From an uncultured Desulfofustis sp. (GTDB lineage: Bacteria; Desulfobacterota; Desulfobulbia; Desulfobulbales; Desulfocapsaceae): a stretch of 64,000 bases of DNA. This document shows positions 1 through 10,116 of this stretch, piece after piece. The stretch covers positions 2,989 through 66,988 of the forward strand of contig CAYSSK010000004.1 in assembly GCA_964433645.1 (NCBI GenBank), read 5' to 3'. How positions within the stretch are numbered: the first letter of the stretch is position 1; each line of letters begins with the position of its first letter. The translations under genes and the position numbers were made by a program. The notes under the pieces are model-generated. The model saw nothing but the letters and a program-made list of their open reading frames with translations, ran no database searches and had not been told where the DNA came from.

Positions 1-234
1 GTACAACGAGCTCAGCAGCCCAGAAAACGAAAGTATTCTGAGTATGGCATACTTTATCCACACATACGATGCCTTCGCGAAAATCCACCCCTTTACCTTT
101 AATTCCATATTCCACTTCTGCCCTTGTTGCTGTTCATCATATAGGCACTCATTCTGTACGCCCTAAAAATATCGATTGGCCAACCGCGTTTCATCAATAT
201 CCTCCTTCTGCTAAAACGCAATACCATAATAGCT

Positions 235-861
235 CTATTCAAAATATCTTTTCCGCAGTACTTTTGCAGGATTGCCAATTGCCACTACATAATCCGGCAG
301 ATCGGTGCTTACTGCTGAATGAGCACCTACTATAGTACCCTTGCTAATATGCACTCCATCTGCAATTTTTGCTCGCACACCAATCCAACAGCCGCTGTCT
401 ATTTGCGTTGTCTTCCTTTTCAAGGAATTTTCACTCCTCCGACGTTGCTTTTTTTCGTCGTGGCACTGTTCTCCAATTTCGCAAAACGCAGCGATCAAGA
501 CATCATTTTCTATCACAATATCTGCATTGGATCGGACAACACACCCACTTCCCAGATTTGTCCCAGATTTAATAGTGATGCTACCGTTGGTCAACGTAAG
601 AGTTGTGCCGGCTCCTATGAAAACGTTATCCGCAATTTGCAGACCAGAGTCCGAGTTTCCCCCTACATCACCGTACAAGCCCGCATAATCATTTACTATA
701 ACTCCTGAGCCAAGGGAGATTTTCTCTCTTCCATTGCATATATCAACAAAACGTCCAAACAAGACATCACGACCGCATTTCTTCAGATATCTTGGGTACA
801 ATTTTTGCCTCAGAAGCAAACCTACAATCCCGGGACACCAACGTAAAAAAGTATATAGCAC
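235..861 (-). CDS. Hexapeptide-repeat (LbH) sugar O-acetyltransferase
   Basis: 208-aa ORF. It has successive [LIV]-G-x4 hexapeptide turns (ISLGSGVIVNDYAGLYG, IADNVFIGAGTTL, IVIENDVLIAAFCEIG, IDSGCWIGVRAKIADGVHISKGTIVGAHSAV), as in WcaF/LacA-type transferases. It lies in a polysaccharide gene cluster. Confidence 0.8.
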   Translation of the reverse strand: MLYTFLRWCPGIVGLLLRQKLYPRYLKKCGRDVLFGRFVDICNGREKISLGSGVIVNDYAGLYGDVGGNSDSGLQIADNVFIGAGTTLTLTNGSITIKSGTNLGSGCVVRSNADIVIENDVLIAAFCEIGEQCHDEKKQRRRSENSLKRKTTQIDSGCWIGVRAKIADGVHISKGTIVGAHSAVSTDLPDYVVAIGNPAKVLRKRYFE

Positions 862-896
862 AATGCAACTCTTCTTTTTAGCCTTCTTCGTGATTG

Positions 897-1649
897 CTAA
901 ACGTCATTTACAATAGAGTGCCCTTTTATTATTTTGGCGGGAATTCCTGAAGCAACACACTCACTGGGAATATCACGATTCACATAGGAATTGTCTTCAA
1001 TAACCGCAGAGAATCCAATTTGGACGCCATCCAAAATTGTAACCTTTTTGCCAACAACAACGGAGTCTCCTATACTGGTCGGGCCATTGCATGTTATCGG
1101 CTGAGCTATGATAGGTTTGTTGGGATCGTTAGTTTCATGTCCAGCGCCGACAATACAGCACTCCTCCCCAATTTTGGTATCACTTCCTATGGTGAGCCCC
1201 TTGAGAGAGCCAAGCCGGCAATAATTGCCGATTATTGTTCCAGAACCGATGTTCATTTCACCGCCGGCACAATTTAATATGGTACGTTTCCCGATACTGC
1301 TATAGCTTCCCACTACCAAGGTGTTTTTTCCAGGTTTCACATCTAGGCTTACATCGCTACCTATCTCAACGAAATTACCAATAAACATTCGTTTACCGTT
1401 ACGAATGCAACAATTGGCTCCCATACGAACTGATCTTCCCATTTTACCCATAAGAATCCTTAGTATCCATTTTCTTAAAAAAACCCCTGGAAACGACTTC
1501 ATCGGTATGACAAAAAAACATATCATTTCATGGAACAGCAACATAACATTGCCGCCATCACCAACCATGCTGGCACGGTACTTTGCCAATTTATCGGGCG
1601 TATCAACCAACTGCAGCGGGATGTTCTTTCTCCCCCCTCCTACACTCAT
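897..1649 (-). CDS. Hexapeptide-repeat (LbH) acetyltransferase with N-terminal membrane-like extension
   Basis: 250-aa ORF with LbH turns (IGSDVSLDV, IGSGTIIGNYCRLG, IGSDTKIGEECCIVGAG, IGDSVVVGKKVTILDGVQIGFSAVI). A truncated paralogue at 18544-18868 shares the MS.GG...MVGDG.NVMLL N-terminus, which supports this start. Confidence 0.8.
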   Translation of the reverse strand: MSVGGGRKNIPLQLVDTPDKLAKYRASMVGDGGNVMLLFHEMICFFVIPMKSFPGVFLRKWILRILMGKMGRSVRMGANCCIRNGKRMFIGNFVEIGSDVSLDVKPGKNTLVVGSYSSIGKRTILNCAGGEMNIGSGTIIGNYCRLGSLKGLTIGSDTKIGEECCIVGAGHETNDPNKPIIAQPITCNGPTSIGDSVVVGKKVTILDGVQIGFSAVIEDNSYVNRDIPSECVASGIPAKIIKGHSIVNDV

Positions 1650-1696
1650 ACAACCAACCTCAAGGATGAGAAAAACTTATAAAGATACTACACTAT

Positions 1697-2773
1697 TTAT
1701 GGCTTTTGGAGTTTTTCAAGTTCCTCATTGCCATACTTTACACCAGAGTAAGAAATATAGGAAAGATACCCCACTCCACCGATTGTCATCATCTTAAGAC
1801 GCAACAATAACCCCATTGCCAGGGTCTCTGCACCTGGTATGCCAATGAACAGGAAGTAACAAACAAACACGGATTCAAAAAAACCAAGATTTCCCAACAG
1901 GGTAACAGGTATTTGTGCCACAAAAAGTGCCGTTGGAACTATTGCACAAATTTTAAGAAAATCGACAGAAACTCCAAATGCCAGAAAGGCCACATAGACG
2001 TTAAGCAATGTTAAAAAATAAAAGAGAATTGTTACAAAAATGATGCGCCAAAATACCGACCTATCTTTTTGAATAGTTTTAACGGCAACGCGTAATTCAA
2101 AATCAAGCTTTTCCAACCGATTATGAATCTTACGACAATAACTTTCGAATCTTTTTATCAATAAGGAAAACGTTGATAGATTAGCAAATGAGGTGCTTTT
2201 ATAAGACCACAAAAAAAATATCCTGACAATACGGGCGGGCAAATCAAGGGGGTTTTGCACCCGCCAGATCCAAATAATGATGCTTATCAAAAAAAAAGCC
2301 CCAACACTTGGGATAAAAAAATATGAAAGCGCGTAAAGATTATTTTGCAACATTGGAGTGAAAAGAACCAGGAAAAACAGCAAAAAAACGCCGGAAAAAC
2401 GTTCTATAAAAATGGCAATGGCTGAAAATGATTGGTTGTTTATCAGCTTACCACTATAATACGATCTCACTACGTCTCCACCAACGGTGGATGGCAATAA
2501 GTTCGAAAACAAATAACCGATAAGATATATCCTTATTAGCTTTAAAAATGGAATCTCCTCTGCTTTCAGATTTAATATTATTTTCCACTTCAGACAACTC
2601 ACAATTATCATAAGGGGAATTAAAGCAAAAGAAAGAAAAAAATAAAAATAATTAATATCTTTGAATATTTCGAGTAATTCATCGGTTTGCACAAAGGAAA
2701 ACAGCACCCAGAAAAAAGCAACACTGATCACTCCTTTTATGAGCAGTTTAAATTTAGAATTGGCTTTCTTCAT
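1697..2773 (-). CDS. Flippase-like / lysyl-PG-synthase-TM (UPF0104) family integral membrane protein
   Basis: 358-aa polytopic ORF. It has the family-typical motif LLPSTVGGDVVRSYY after the second or third TM segment. It sits within the EPS cluster. Confidence 0.7.
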   Translation of the reverse strand: MKKANSKFKLLIKGVISVAFFWVLFSFVQTDELLEIFKDINYFYFFLSFALIPLMIIVSCLKWKIILNLKAEEIPFLKLIRIYLIGYLFSNLLPSTVGGDVVRSYYSGKLINNQSFSAIAIFIERFSGVFLLFFLVLFTPMLQNNLYALSYFFIPSVGAFFLISIIIWIWRVQNPLDLPARIVRIFFLWSYKSTSFANLSTFSLLIKRFESYCRKIHNRLEKLDFELRVAVKTIQKDRSVFWRIIFVTILFYFLTLLNVYVAFLAFGVSVDFLKICAIVPTALFVAQIPVTLLGNLGFFESVFVCYFLFIGIPGAETLAMGLLLRLKMMTIGGVGYLSYISYSGVKYGNEELEKLQKP

Positions 2774-2887
2774 TCACTCATCTCTATTCCAATTGCTAAG
2801 ACCCAAAGAAACTTTTCTATCCTGGAGATTATCACGTTCAGTAACTGCGATGTGATTGGAAAAACTGATGGTGTCTGCCTTCGTGGG

Positions 2888-4075
2888 CTAGAGTTCATCG
2901 AGGATCGTTGAGACATGATCCACGCTTGATCGAGCCTTCTGTTTTTCTCTATCGACAGCCGGCTTCATTTGCTCTCGCAGTGTTTCTCTATTTTCCCAGG
3001 CATGTATAATTTTTGTGAGTAAGTGCTCCACCGTTACGTCGTTAAAGGTGATCGTCCAGTCCTCCATACCGATTGTTTTGAGAAAACCCGCGCTTTTAGG
3101 GTAAGCGTTGATGTTGACCATGGGTGTGTTGACGGCGGCACAGAAGATAAGCGTATGCGTTCTCATACCTGCATGTACGGCTACCTTGCTCAAGAGTCCG
3201 CTTAACTCCTGGAAGGTGTAATCACAATTCCCGACAATTTTTATGCGTTCCTGGTGGCTGCTGTTCTGGACGCATTCACGGGTGATTTTCATATCCATTA
3301 TCTGGCTGACTGTAAAGAGAATATCAACTCCCAAACGGGTTATCAATTGATCAGCCACCGTGGCGATTATACGACAGAATTCTTCCCGCTTCATACTGCC
3401 TTGTTGATTGAAGTCATCTATGTAGGCGTTGACATTAAGGCCGATGGTACCCTTGTCATTTGTGAATAACTGCTCTTGCCCAATGATTTCATCCAGCCTG
3501 GTCTGCGAAGGAGGAGTGGTATTCAAGGCGCAGTCCGCATGTACTCGTATTTCCTGTTGGTTAAAGCCCAATCGTTCGACAAGCTCTCTGGTACTGTCAT
3601 CTCGAGTGATGACAAGGGGGGAGACGTCGAGCACTTTCCCCAGCGCACGAATTCCAGCCTGGCGCTCGATAGGCCCTATACTGGCATTATAGAGGATTAT
3701 GGGGATATTCTTCTTCTTGCAGAAGGGACTGAACAGGGAAATAGCATTGAGGTTGTTGACAAAAGGATTGTAGAACTTCCGGTCAAAGAGAATATTGTCG
3801 ACGATGAGAATCATCTGGGTGTCGGTCATGGCTTTGTACATCGGCCAACCAAGATTTTTCATGGCCAAATTCCAGGGAAGCAAACCGATGGGCTCTACAC
3901 GGTGATGGCCGAAGTTCTTTTTTATAAAGGAGGGATTGAGGGTCGGAATTTTAAAGTGGATGTCATTTCGGCGAAGAGCAAAATCATCGAGCAGGTTGCC
4001 TAATATTGCATTGTCACCGGCATTACGGCCGGAGTTGTTGCCGAGGATCGTGAGAGTTTTCATATATGTATTCAA
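2888..4075 (-). CDS. Polysaccharide pyruvyl transferase family protein
   Basis: 395-aa ORF. The N-terminal ILGNNSGRNAGDNAILGNLLDD motif is characteristic of CsaB/WcaK-type pyruvyl transferases. The start could be the MKTL Met at 4063. Confidence 0.8.
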   Translation of the reverse strand: MNTYMKTLTILGNNSGRNAGDNAILGNLLDDFALRRNDIHFKIPTLNPSFIKKNFGHHRVEPIGLLPWNLAMKNLGWPMYKAMTDTQMILIVDNILFDRKFYNPFVNNLNAISLFSPFCKKKNIPIILYNASIGPIERQAGIRALGKVLDVSPLVITRDDSTRELVERLGFNQQEIRVHADCALNTTPPSQTRLDEIIGQEQLFTNDKGTIGLNVNAYIDDFNQQGSMKREEFCRIIATVADQLITRLGVDILFTVSQIMDMKITRECVQNSSHQERIKIVGNCDYTFQELSGLLSKVAVHAGMRTHTLIFCAAVNTPMVNINAYPKSAGFLKTIGMEDWTITFNDVTVEHLLTKIIHAWENRETLREQMKPAVDREKQKARSSVDHVSTILDEL

Positions 4076-4136
4076 TGTAAAAGATGGAAGCGGATAAGTG
4101 ACAACGCCTTGATGTCCCCGCTACGCGGGAACATCG

Positions 4137-4241
4137 CCCAGGATCAGGAGGGCGCCGCTGCTTCGAAATTCTGGGTATTCGACACCATGAAGACATCAAA
4201 CGGATTCAGTCAGACGCATACTACGCGCTCCTGATCCCGGG
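4137..4241 (+). repeat. GC-rich long-range inverted repeat followed by a T5 run, preceded by a second hairpin at 4111-4135
   Basis: Arms CCCAGGATCAGGAG(GG)CGC (4137-4155) and GCGCTCCTGATCCCGGG (4225-4241) pair over about 17 bp with one mismatch and one bulge. TTTTT follows at 4243-4247. An adjacent 10-bp hairpin is GATGTCCCCGC-TAC-GCGGGAACATC. Confidence 0.5.
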
Positions 4242-4329
4242 CTTTTTAGCTAGAACCGGATGTCTCTATATTGTTTGTCTGCTTTCTACGCCGGAATGAG
4301 TCGTCGGTTGGGGGCTGATTTGAGTCACT

Positions 4330-5352
4330 CTACTTTTTCATTAAACCTTTTTCAACATACCAATCAGCGGTCTGAATAATACCTTCTTTATTGGAATAGC
4401 GAGGTACATACCCTAAGGTATTGCGCATCTTGCTTACATCGAAGTCCCGATCTTTAGAGTAGAAGGCCACTCGGCGACGATAAAGAGGAGGTTCAATTTT
4501 TAAGGGTTGACAGATCTTCTCGCATATATCGGCCAGGAGAAAAAAAGGACCAATCGGTAATCGCACGATTCGGGTTTTCCTCCCAAAATGTTGCGAAATG
4601 ATTCCGGCGAGTTCTGCAATGGGAATTGGTTCATCGCCGCCGATGACAAACTCCTCACCTTGTGCCTCGGGGTGGGTTGCGGCGACAAGCATAGCGTTCG
4701 TCAAGTCATCCACGTGGACCAGATGATACATGCATTTGCCCTTTCCCAGGAGTGGGAAGAAGGGCTGAGTGGCCATCTTAAAGAGCTTGAGCAGTCGTCT
4801 GTCACCTGGGCCATATATTGCCGCGGGACGGATAATCGTATAGTTGATGTCGTTTTTCTGCGCATACTCCTTGAGCCAGAGTTCAGCTTCCAACTTGGTG
4901 CGTTGGTAAGCGTCACCCGGTGAAAATGGCGTCTCTTCGGTGGCCGGAGGGTTTTCAATATGACCATGTACTCCGAAGGTGGAGACATGTATGAGCCTCT
5001 TGAAACCGGGAACTGAAAGGATTTTTTCAGCGATTAACTGGGTGCTTTTCACATGCACGTTCCAGTAATCGCGCTCGCTGCTTTTTGCTTCCCGGAAGGC
5101 GGCGGCAACGTGAAATACATATTCCTGTGCCTGCATCGCTTCATGTATTACCGAATCATCAAAGACGTCTCCACGAAACCAGGTGATCGGGAGGCCTTCA
5201 AAAGGTTCAAGATTGGATGTAGCGCGGGCGACAGCGCTGACATCCAAGCCGGCATCGACCAGCTTCTTGGTCAAAACAATGCCGGTGAATCCCGTCGCAC
5301 CTGTAACAAGAACCCGGGTGTTTTTTGGGATTTTGCATATTTGATCTGTCAT
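4330..5352 (-). CDS. NAD-dependent epimerase/dehydratase (extended SDR)
   Basis: 340-aa ORF with the Rossmann motif VLVTGATGFTG near the N-terminus and a catalytic Y-x3-K (YQRTK). Confidence 0.85.
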   Translation of the reverse strand: MTDQICKIPKNTRVLVTGATGFTGIVLTKKLVDAGLDVSAVARATSNLEPFEGLPITWFRGDVFDDSVIHEAMQAQEYVFHVAAAFREAKSSERDYWNVHVKSTQLIAEKILSVPGFKRLIHVSTFGVHGHIENPPATEETPFSPGDAYQRTKLEAELWLKEYAQKNDINYTIIRPAAIYGPGDRRLLKLFKMATQPFFPLLGKGKCMYHLVHVDDLTNAMLVAATHPEAQGEEFVIGGDEPIPIAELAGIISQHFGRKTRIVRLPIGPFFLLADICEKICQPLKIEPPLYRRRVAFYSKDRDFDVSKMRNTLGYVPRYSNKEGIIQTADWYVEKGLMKK

Positions 5353-5674
5353 ATCGATTGATGCTTCCTTGGAGAGATTTGCGTTGAATCTTGGATCCGG
5401 TCAAGATATCACCTTGAGCTGTGATACCTGCGATGCTGGAGAAAGGCACACCTACTAAAGGATCTGAGAGAACGCACCTATCTTTTTTTATAAAGTCATT
5501 ATAGGACAATCATCGTCTACCTTCGTCAATGACCAGGATGTAGCCGACCAACTTTATAACACGTTTCCGGTAAGTCTTAAACAAGAAAAAGCGGGACGCT
5601 ATGTTACGACGAAAACGCAAGAGATAAGCATTCACAGCAGGATATCAGCCAGCTGTCATCAGCATTCGTTACCG

Positions 5675-6850
5675 TTACGCGCATTCGTTTCCGCCAAGCG
5701 AATCGTAGCATTTTTGCAAACGCAACCGATGGTTTTCAAAAGTATATGATTTTTCATACAGTCTGCGGCAATTCCTTCCTAAAATGTTTCTTTTGTCCTC
5801 ATTTTGCAATAGTGAGACTATTGCCTCAGCATATGTGGGTGGTGTTGCGGAAGCGAAGACCGCCGTATCATCATCGAGCAGCAGCCTGTTTGACGGGCGG
5901 TCGCTGGCCACTATGGCTCGGCCGGCCTTTAAATAATCTAAAACTTTCAAGGGAGTATTCACGCCGGATATTCTGGGGGAAAGCAGAATATCAGACGCGG
6001 CCAGATATGCAGGTAGAGTATCCGGCGCGATTTTCCCTAAAAATGTTACATTTTTTGCAACTCCCAGTTTGCTGAGCGTGGATTTCCTCTCTTCTATTTG
6101 GCAAGAGGTGCCGCCAATAAGGACAAATCGCGCCCTGATATCAGCCCTGACAACCTCCGGTAGAGCCGCGAAAAGCAAATCAATACCCTGGTAAACGGCG
6201 AAGGAGCCCACGAAAGTCACCACAATTTCGCCATCGTTCTTAACGAGTTGATTGTTCATTAAAGCGACTTCTTCGGTGGATGGTTCCTGTAAAGATGAGG
6301 GAATATCGGGGATGTTATAGGCAGGAGTGGCCGTGCCCATGGAGTCTACCTGTTTCACCAGACCAGGTCCGGTACAGATAACCGCGTCTGCCATTCGTAC
6401 GGCGGTTTTTTCAATATGTTGATACAGCCACAATATACAATTCTTGACTACCCCGCTTTTATGGCTTTCCGGGTCGGAATGCTTTTCGAAAATGCATTTC
6501 GTCCTAAATATTCCGGCAAGAATACAGGAGATAAAACCGGCTTCTTCAATACCGTGGATAACAACGTATCGGTTTTTTATACAGAGGGACAGTGCCTTGA
6601 AGAATATCAATATGTCAAAGAAAATCTTCCACCCAGAAGGACCGATGGGGATGTCCCGTACTTTAAAAGGATTGCCGACACGATACACGGAAACATTGGC
6701 GATCGGCAGATCCTCGCCTATGGGCAAGGTAAGAAAATCTATCGAATACCCTGCCTCGGAGAGAGCCAGAAGGTTGAATTTTAAACGAATGGGAGATCCG
6801 CGCCATTGGAAGAACGGTTGGGGGGATATCAAAAGAATTTTTCTAGTCAT
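5675..6850 (-). CDS. Glycosyltransferase family 4 (GT-B, group 1)
   Basis: 391-aa ORF. The N-terminal ILLISPQPF...RG..IR and the C-terminal donor-binding region (LSPRISGVNTPLKVLDYLKAGRAIVAS) are typical of GT4 enzymes. Confidence 0.85.
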   Translation of the reverse strand: MTRKILLISPQPFFQWRGSPIRLKFNLLALSEAGYSIDFLTLPIGEDLPIANVSVYRVGNPFKVRDIPIGPSGWKIFFDILIFFKALSLCIKNRYVVIHGIEEAGFISCILAGIFRTKCIFEKHSDPESHKSGVVKNCILWLYQHIEKTAVRMADAVICTGPGLVKQVDSMGTATPAYNIPDIPSSLQEPSTEEVALMNNQLVKNDGEIVVTFVGSFAVYQGIDLLFAALPEVVRADIRARFVLIGGTSCQIEERKSTLSKLGVAKNVTFLGKIAPDTLPAYLAASDILLSPRISGVNTPLKVLDYLKAGRAIVASDRPSNRLLLDDDTAVFASATPPTYAEAIVSLLQNEDKRNILGRNCRRLYEKSYTFENHRLRLQKCYDSLGGNECA

Positions 6851-6863
6851 GACAAGATGAGCG

Positions 6864-7595
6864 CTACCGCTTCAAAAGCAATCGATCGAGTCCGGTGAAA
6901 TTGTTGACATAGTCATAAATGTCGATCTGCGTCGGATAGACCGGACCTTTAAAAGTCGTCCAAGTCTCTCCGGTGGTCTGATCATAAACAAACAAATGGC
7001 CGTTTGCGTCAATTTTTCCTCTGAAAACCTGGCCGTAGCGTTGCGTGGAGGTGGTTGTTATTTCGACTTGCGAACCATTCTGGTCGACCACCGCCGTTAC
7101 ATTCTCCCGGCCGCCATTGACCAGATCCAGATAGCCGGCCCAGTTGTCCCCTGCTATATCGACACCGACCGGTTCTACCGATGGAGTCGGTTCCGGTTCC
7201 ACGGTCCCGCCGCCTCCACCGCCTCCGCCACTCAAGGCCAGCGCCATAGCCCCAGTGGCAGCCACACCGGCCCCTATGATAAGCATGGTATTAATTTTAC
7301 CCTGCTTATCTTCTGTTGCCTCCGGAGGACTGTAGGCGGGTTTATCGAGAGGTTTTGCCGTTGCGGAGGTGTTCGTCGAGTCAGCCGGCTTTTTTTTTGA
7401 TTTTTTTTGAAGAGACGGCGGTTTCTGCCGTGCTTCCTCAAGAACCGGGGTAATGCCTATTTTCGAAGTGCCGGAGGACGAAGGATGTTCTTCGCCGTGA
7501 ATCTTGGCAACGGGGAGCAGGCTGATGGTACAGCTCAGACACAATGCTGCGCCGAGATATAGAAAATAACATTTGGTTTTTTTTACGCTTTGAAG
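6864..7595 (-). CDS. Hypothetical exported/membrane-anchored protein with low-complexity linker and Gly8 tract
   Basis: Start chosen at MLQSVKKTK, which has GGAGG 6-8 nt upstream. It has a signal-like segment (YFLYLGAALCLSCTISLL), a Lys/Pro/Ser-rich linker, a TM-like segment (MLIIGAGVAATGAMALAL), GGGGGGGG, and a roughly 100-aa beta-rich C-terminal domain. I recognise no family. Confidence 0.5.
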   Translation of the reverse strand, partial: LQSVKKTKCYFLYLGAALCLSCTISLLPVAKIHGEEHPSSSGTSKIGITPVLEEARQKPPSLQKKSKKKPADSTNTSATAKPLDKPAYSPPEATEDKQGKINTMLIIGAGVAATGAMALALSGGGGGGGGTVEPEPTPSVEPVGVDIAGDNWAGYLDLVNGGRENVTAVVDQNGSQVEITTTSTQRYGQVFRGKIDANGHLFVYDQTTGETWTTFKGPVYPTQIDIYDYVNNFTGLDRLLLKR

Positions 7596-7861
7596 CATGA
7601 TCCCTCCTCCCAAAATAGTTAGTGCCTGACAGAAAACCCCAAAATTTTGAAAATCCCGCATTAGCCCCGTCGTAGTTACGCGGCGGGCATCCATTCCAGC
7701 AACGTTTCCCTCACTCGAACCGGCAGTAGATGAGAATGTTTCTCATATCTGCCTCGCATCGGACAGAGCTCCGCCATCGGCATTACCGCCTAACCAGCCC
7801 GGCTATCTCAGGCTGCTTTCTTGTCCGGCCCGCCTTTTCGCTCAGCAGCCTCTTGTTCCTG

Positions 7862-8095
7862 CTACCGCAGCACCGCACCCGGGCGCTGGATGTTACGTGC
7901 CGGAACCGCCATGGCGATGTAGCGCCTGAATCCGCTCAGGCCGTGGCCGCAACACGTGTCCGGTCCGTGGAATTCAAGGGCGTTGATCGCCGATTCCACA
8001 GGCGAATGCTGTTGGCAAAGATTGACAAATTCAGGTGCGCTTTCGCGTGCCTGGTCGACTTGGGAAAGCCTCCTTCTTTGGGCAGCACCATGCAT
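7862..8095 (-). pseudogene. DDE transposase C-terminal remnant (IS4/IS5-superfamily-like)
   Basis: The 77-aa ORF ends ...SPVESAINALEFHGPDTCCGHGLSGFRRYIAMAVPARNIQRPGAVLR. This resembles the conserved tail (VE..I..LK...GL.RC...G...F...V.....A.NL.R) of such transposases. No catalytic region is present. Confidence 0.4.
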
Positions 8096-8171
8096 TCAAG
8101 ACGCGATTTGTCGGTTATTGTGGTATCAGTTTGATTTTAAGGTGCTTTTGCGGTTTCTTTTCAGACAGTAG

Positions 8172-9440
8172 TTATAACATTTTCAGAGCCTCAATGGGGT
8201 CCATCCGCGCTGCTTTTACAGCCGGATAAAGACCGGATAGCACCCCGGTTATTACCGCTAGAACAAAAGGTATTGCCATGGCTGCCGCGGTGATGCGGAT
8301 CGGCCAACCACTGGCCTGCTCAAAAAGCAGTATGATGATCATTCCGGAGCAGACACCGATGATGCCGCCGAAAGTTGTCAATATTACCGATTCCACGAGA
8401 AATTGGTACAAGATGTTTTTTTTTGTGGCACCAACTGCCCGGCGCAGCCCGATCTCATGTCTACGCTCGGTAACCGTGGCCAGCATAATATTCATAATCC
8501 CTATTCCGCCTACCAGAAGCGAGATACCGCCGACAACTGCCAGCACACTGTTAAAAAGACGTTGGGTGCGGATCGATTGTTGAAGCAGTTCCAGGGGAAC
8601 CACTAACTGATAGTCTTTGATTCCGTTATGAGTGATCGTCAGGGTACGTTCAATCAAGGCCTGGGCGCGAGGGATGTCCTTTCCCGTACGGGCCTCGACC
8701 AGAATTCTGGACAGGGGTTTCAAGGGTCCATCCAGACCAGACTGCACTCGACGCTCCTGTTCGGAAAACGGTACGAAGAGGAGCTGATTGAAGTTATCAG
8801 GGGTTATCGTTGCCGAATCCTCCCGGAGTACTGATTGCTCAGCCAGAACTCCAACCACCTGATAAAGGGTTTCGCCAAGCCTGATCTGGCTGCCGATCCT
8901 GCCTTCATGGGCCAGCTCAATGGCCAGATCAAAACCGAGGACGCAGACCTTACGATTGTGCTGCTCGTCACTGGGAAGCAGAAATCGTCCGGATTGCATA
9001 GCAAGACCCGACAGCCGGATATAGTTTGGACTTGCCTGGACGATTCTGGGCGTCAATTTGCCGGTGGCCGCAAAAAGCTGTACGTGCAGCTCGCGAAACG
9101 CGGCTACCTCCTGAACGTATTGCGGCAACGCCTGCAGGTGGTAGACATCTGACCAGCTCAGGCCATAGACTCGTCGGGCAAGAACCTGCTGCCGTTGAGC
9201 AGGAGTGAGTTCGACCTGGTTGATATAGATATTTTTCAGGCCAAGCGCCTCGATTTCCACCAAGGCTTTTTCCTTGGCGCCTTCACCGATGGAAATCATC
9301 GAGAGAACGGCCATTACCCCACAGACCACGCCCAGAACACTCAGCAGTGATCTCAGCTTATGGGCGTACAGGCTGCGCAGGGCATGCAGAATCAATGGAT
9401 TATCCCGGCAAAAAAGGTTCTTGCCATAGCGTACCCTCAT
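8172..9440 (-). CDS. ABC transporter permease, MacB/FtsX family
   Basis: An N-terminal TM segment is followed by a large periplasmic domain and a C-terminal FtsX 3-TM bundle (RRHEIGLRRAVGATKKNILYQFLVES...). Start placed at MRVRYG; the ORF-track start at 9485 overlaps the upstream ATPase more deeply. Confidence 0.85.
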   Translation of the reverse strand: MRVRYGKNLFCRDNPLILHALRSLYAHKLRSLLSVLGVVCGVMAVLSMISIGEGAKEKALVEIEALGLKNIYINQVELTPAQRQQVLARRVYGLSWSDVYHLQALPQYVQEVAAFRELHVQLFAATGKLTPRIVQASPNYIRLSGLAMQSGRFLLPSDEQHNRKVCVLGFDLAIELAHEGRIGSQIRLGETLYQVVGVLAEQSVLREDSATITPDNFNQLLFVPFSEQERRVQSGLDGPLKPLSRILVEARTGKDIPRAQALIERTLTITHNGIKDYQLVVPLELLQQSIRTQRLFNSVLAVVGGISLLVGGIGIMNIMLATVTERRHEIGLRRAVGATKKNILYQFLVESVILTTFGGIIGVCSGMIIILLFEQASGWPIRITAAAMAIPFVLAVITGVLSGLYPAVKAARMDPIEALKML

Positions 9441-10116
9441 ACATCTGCAGAATTCGTTGGGCCACCGAAGCGACCTGACGATCATGACTGACCATGATCA
9501 AGGTAGACCCGGCCGCATTCAACTCGAGAAAGAGATCGAGTATGTCCATGCTGCTCCTATGGTCGAGATTTCCCGTCGGTTCATCGGCGAGAATCAGCAG
9601 CGGGTTTATGACGAGGGCCCGGGCGATGGCAACCCGCTGCATCTCTCCACCTGACAGTTCAGAGGGGCGATGGTTGCGTCGATTTTCCATGCCGACCCGT
9701 TGTATTGCTGCGGAAATGCGATCTCGCTGCTCGTCGCTGCCTATTTGCTGGTATTGAAAAGGAAGGGCGACGTTTTCCCAGACGCTCAGTTCCGGCAGAA
9801 GATAAAAGATCTGAAAGACAAAACCAAGAGAGGCGGCGCGAAGACGGGACAGCTGCTCATCATTGAGTCCAAGTACGTCGACGCCGTTCAGGGCATACCT
9901 TCCCGAGTCCGGGCGGGCAAGGGTTCCGAAAATATGGAGCAGGGTGGACTTACCGGAACCGGAGGTTCCCATGATCGCGACAAAGTCTCCGGCGGCCACG
10001 GTTAAGTCAACCCCCCTGGCGACCTGGATCAGCTCGCCACCGATGCGATAGCTTTTAACGATCTTTTCGGCCTGTAAAAGCGTAGCGGTCCGTGGCGGCA
10101 GTGTCGTGGTATTCAT
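9400..10116 (-). CDS. ABC transporter ATP-binding protein (MacB/LolD-type)
   Basis: Walker [11 protein letters not shown]-loop, signature [15 protein letters not shown], Walker [13 protein letters not shown]. Confidence 0.9.
   Translation of the reverse strand: MNTTTLPPRTATLLQAEKIVKSYRIGGELIQVARGVDLTVAAGDFVAIMGTSGSGKSTLLHIFGTLARPDSGRYALNGVDVLGLNDEQLSRLRAASLGFVFQIFYLLPELSVWENVALPFQYQQIGSDEQRDRISAAIQRVGMENRRNHRPSELSGGEMQRVAIARALVINPLLILADEPTGNLDHRSSMDILDLFLELNAAGSTLIMVSHDRQVASVAQRILQMYEGTLWQEPFLPG

Noticed and set aside
99-194. 31-codon minus-strand ORF with a strong AGGAGG RBS (MKRGWPIDIFRAYRMS...), and a possible further ORF running off the window start (1-79).
   Set aside because: It is too short and has no recognisable motifs. 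It may be the frameshifted start of a gene that continues beyond position 1, but that cannot be supported from this window.
7144-7335. Poly-Pro ORF (PPPPPPPP) and an apparent simple repeat.
   Set aside because: It is the antisense reading of the Gly8-encoding tract of the 6864-7595 gene. It is not an independent repeat element or gene.
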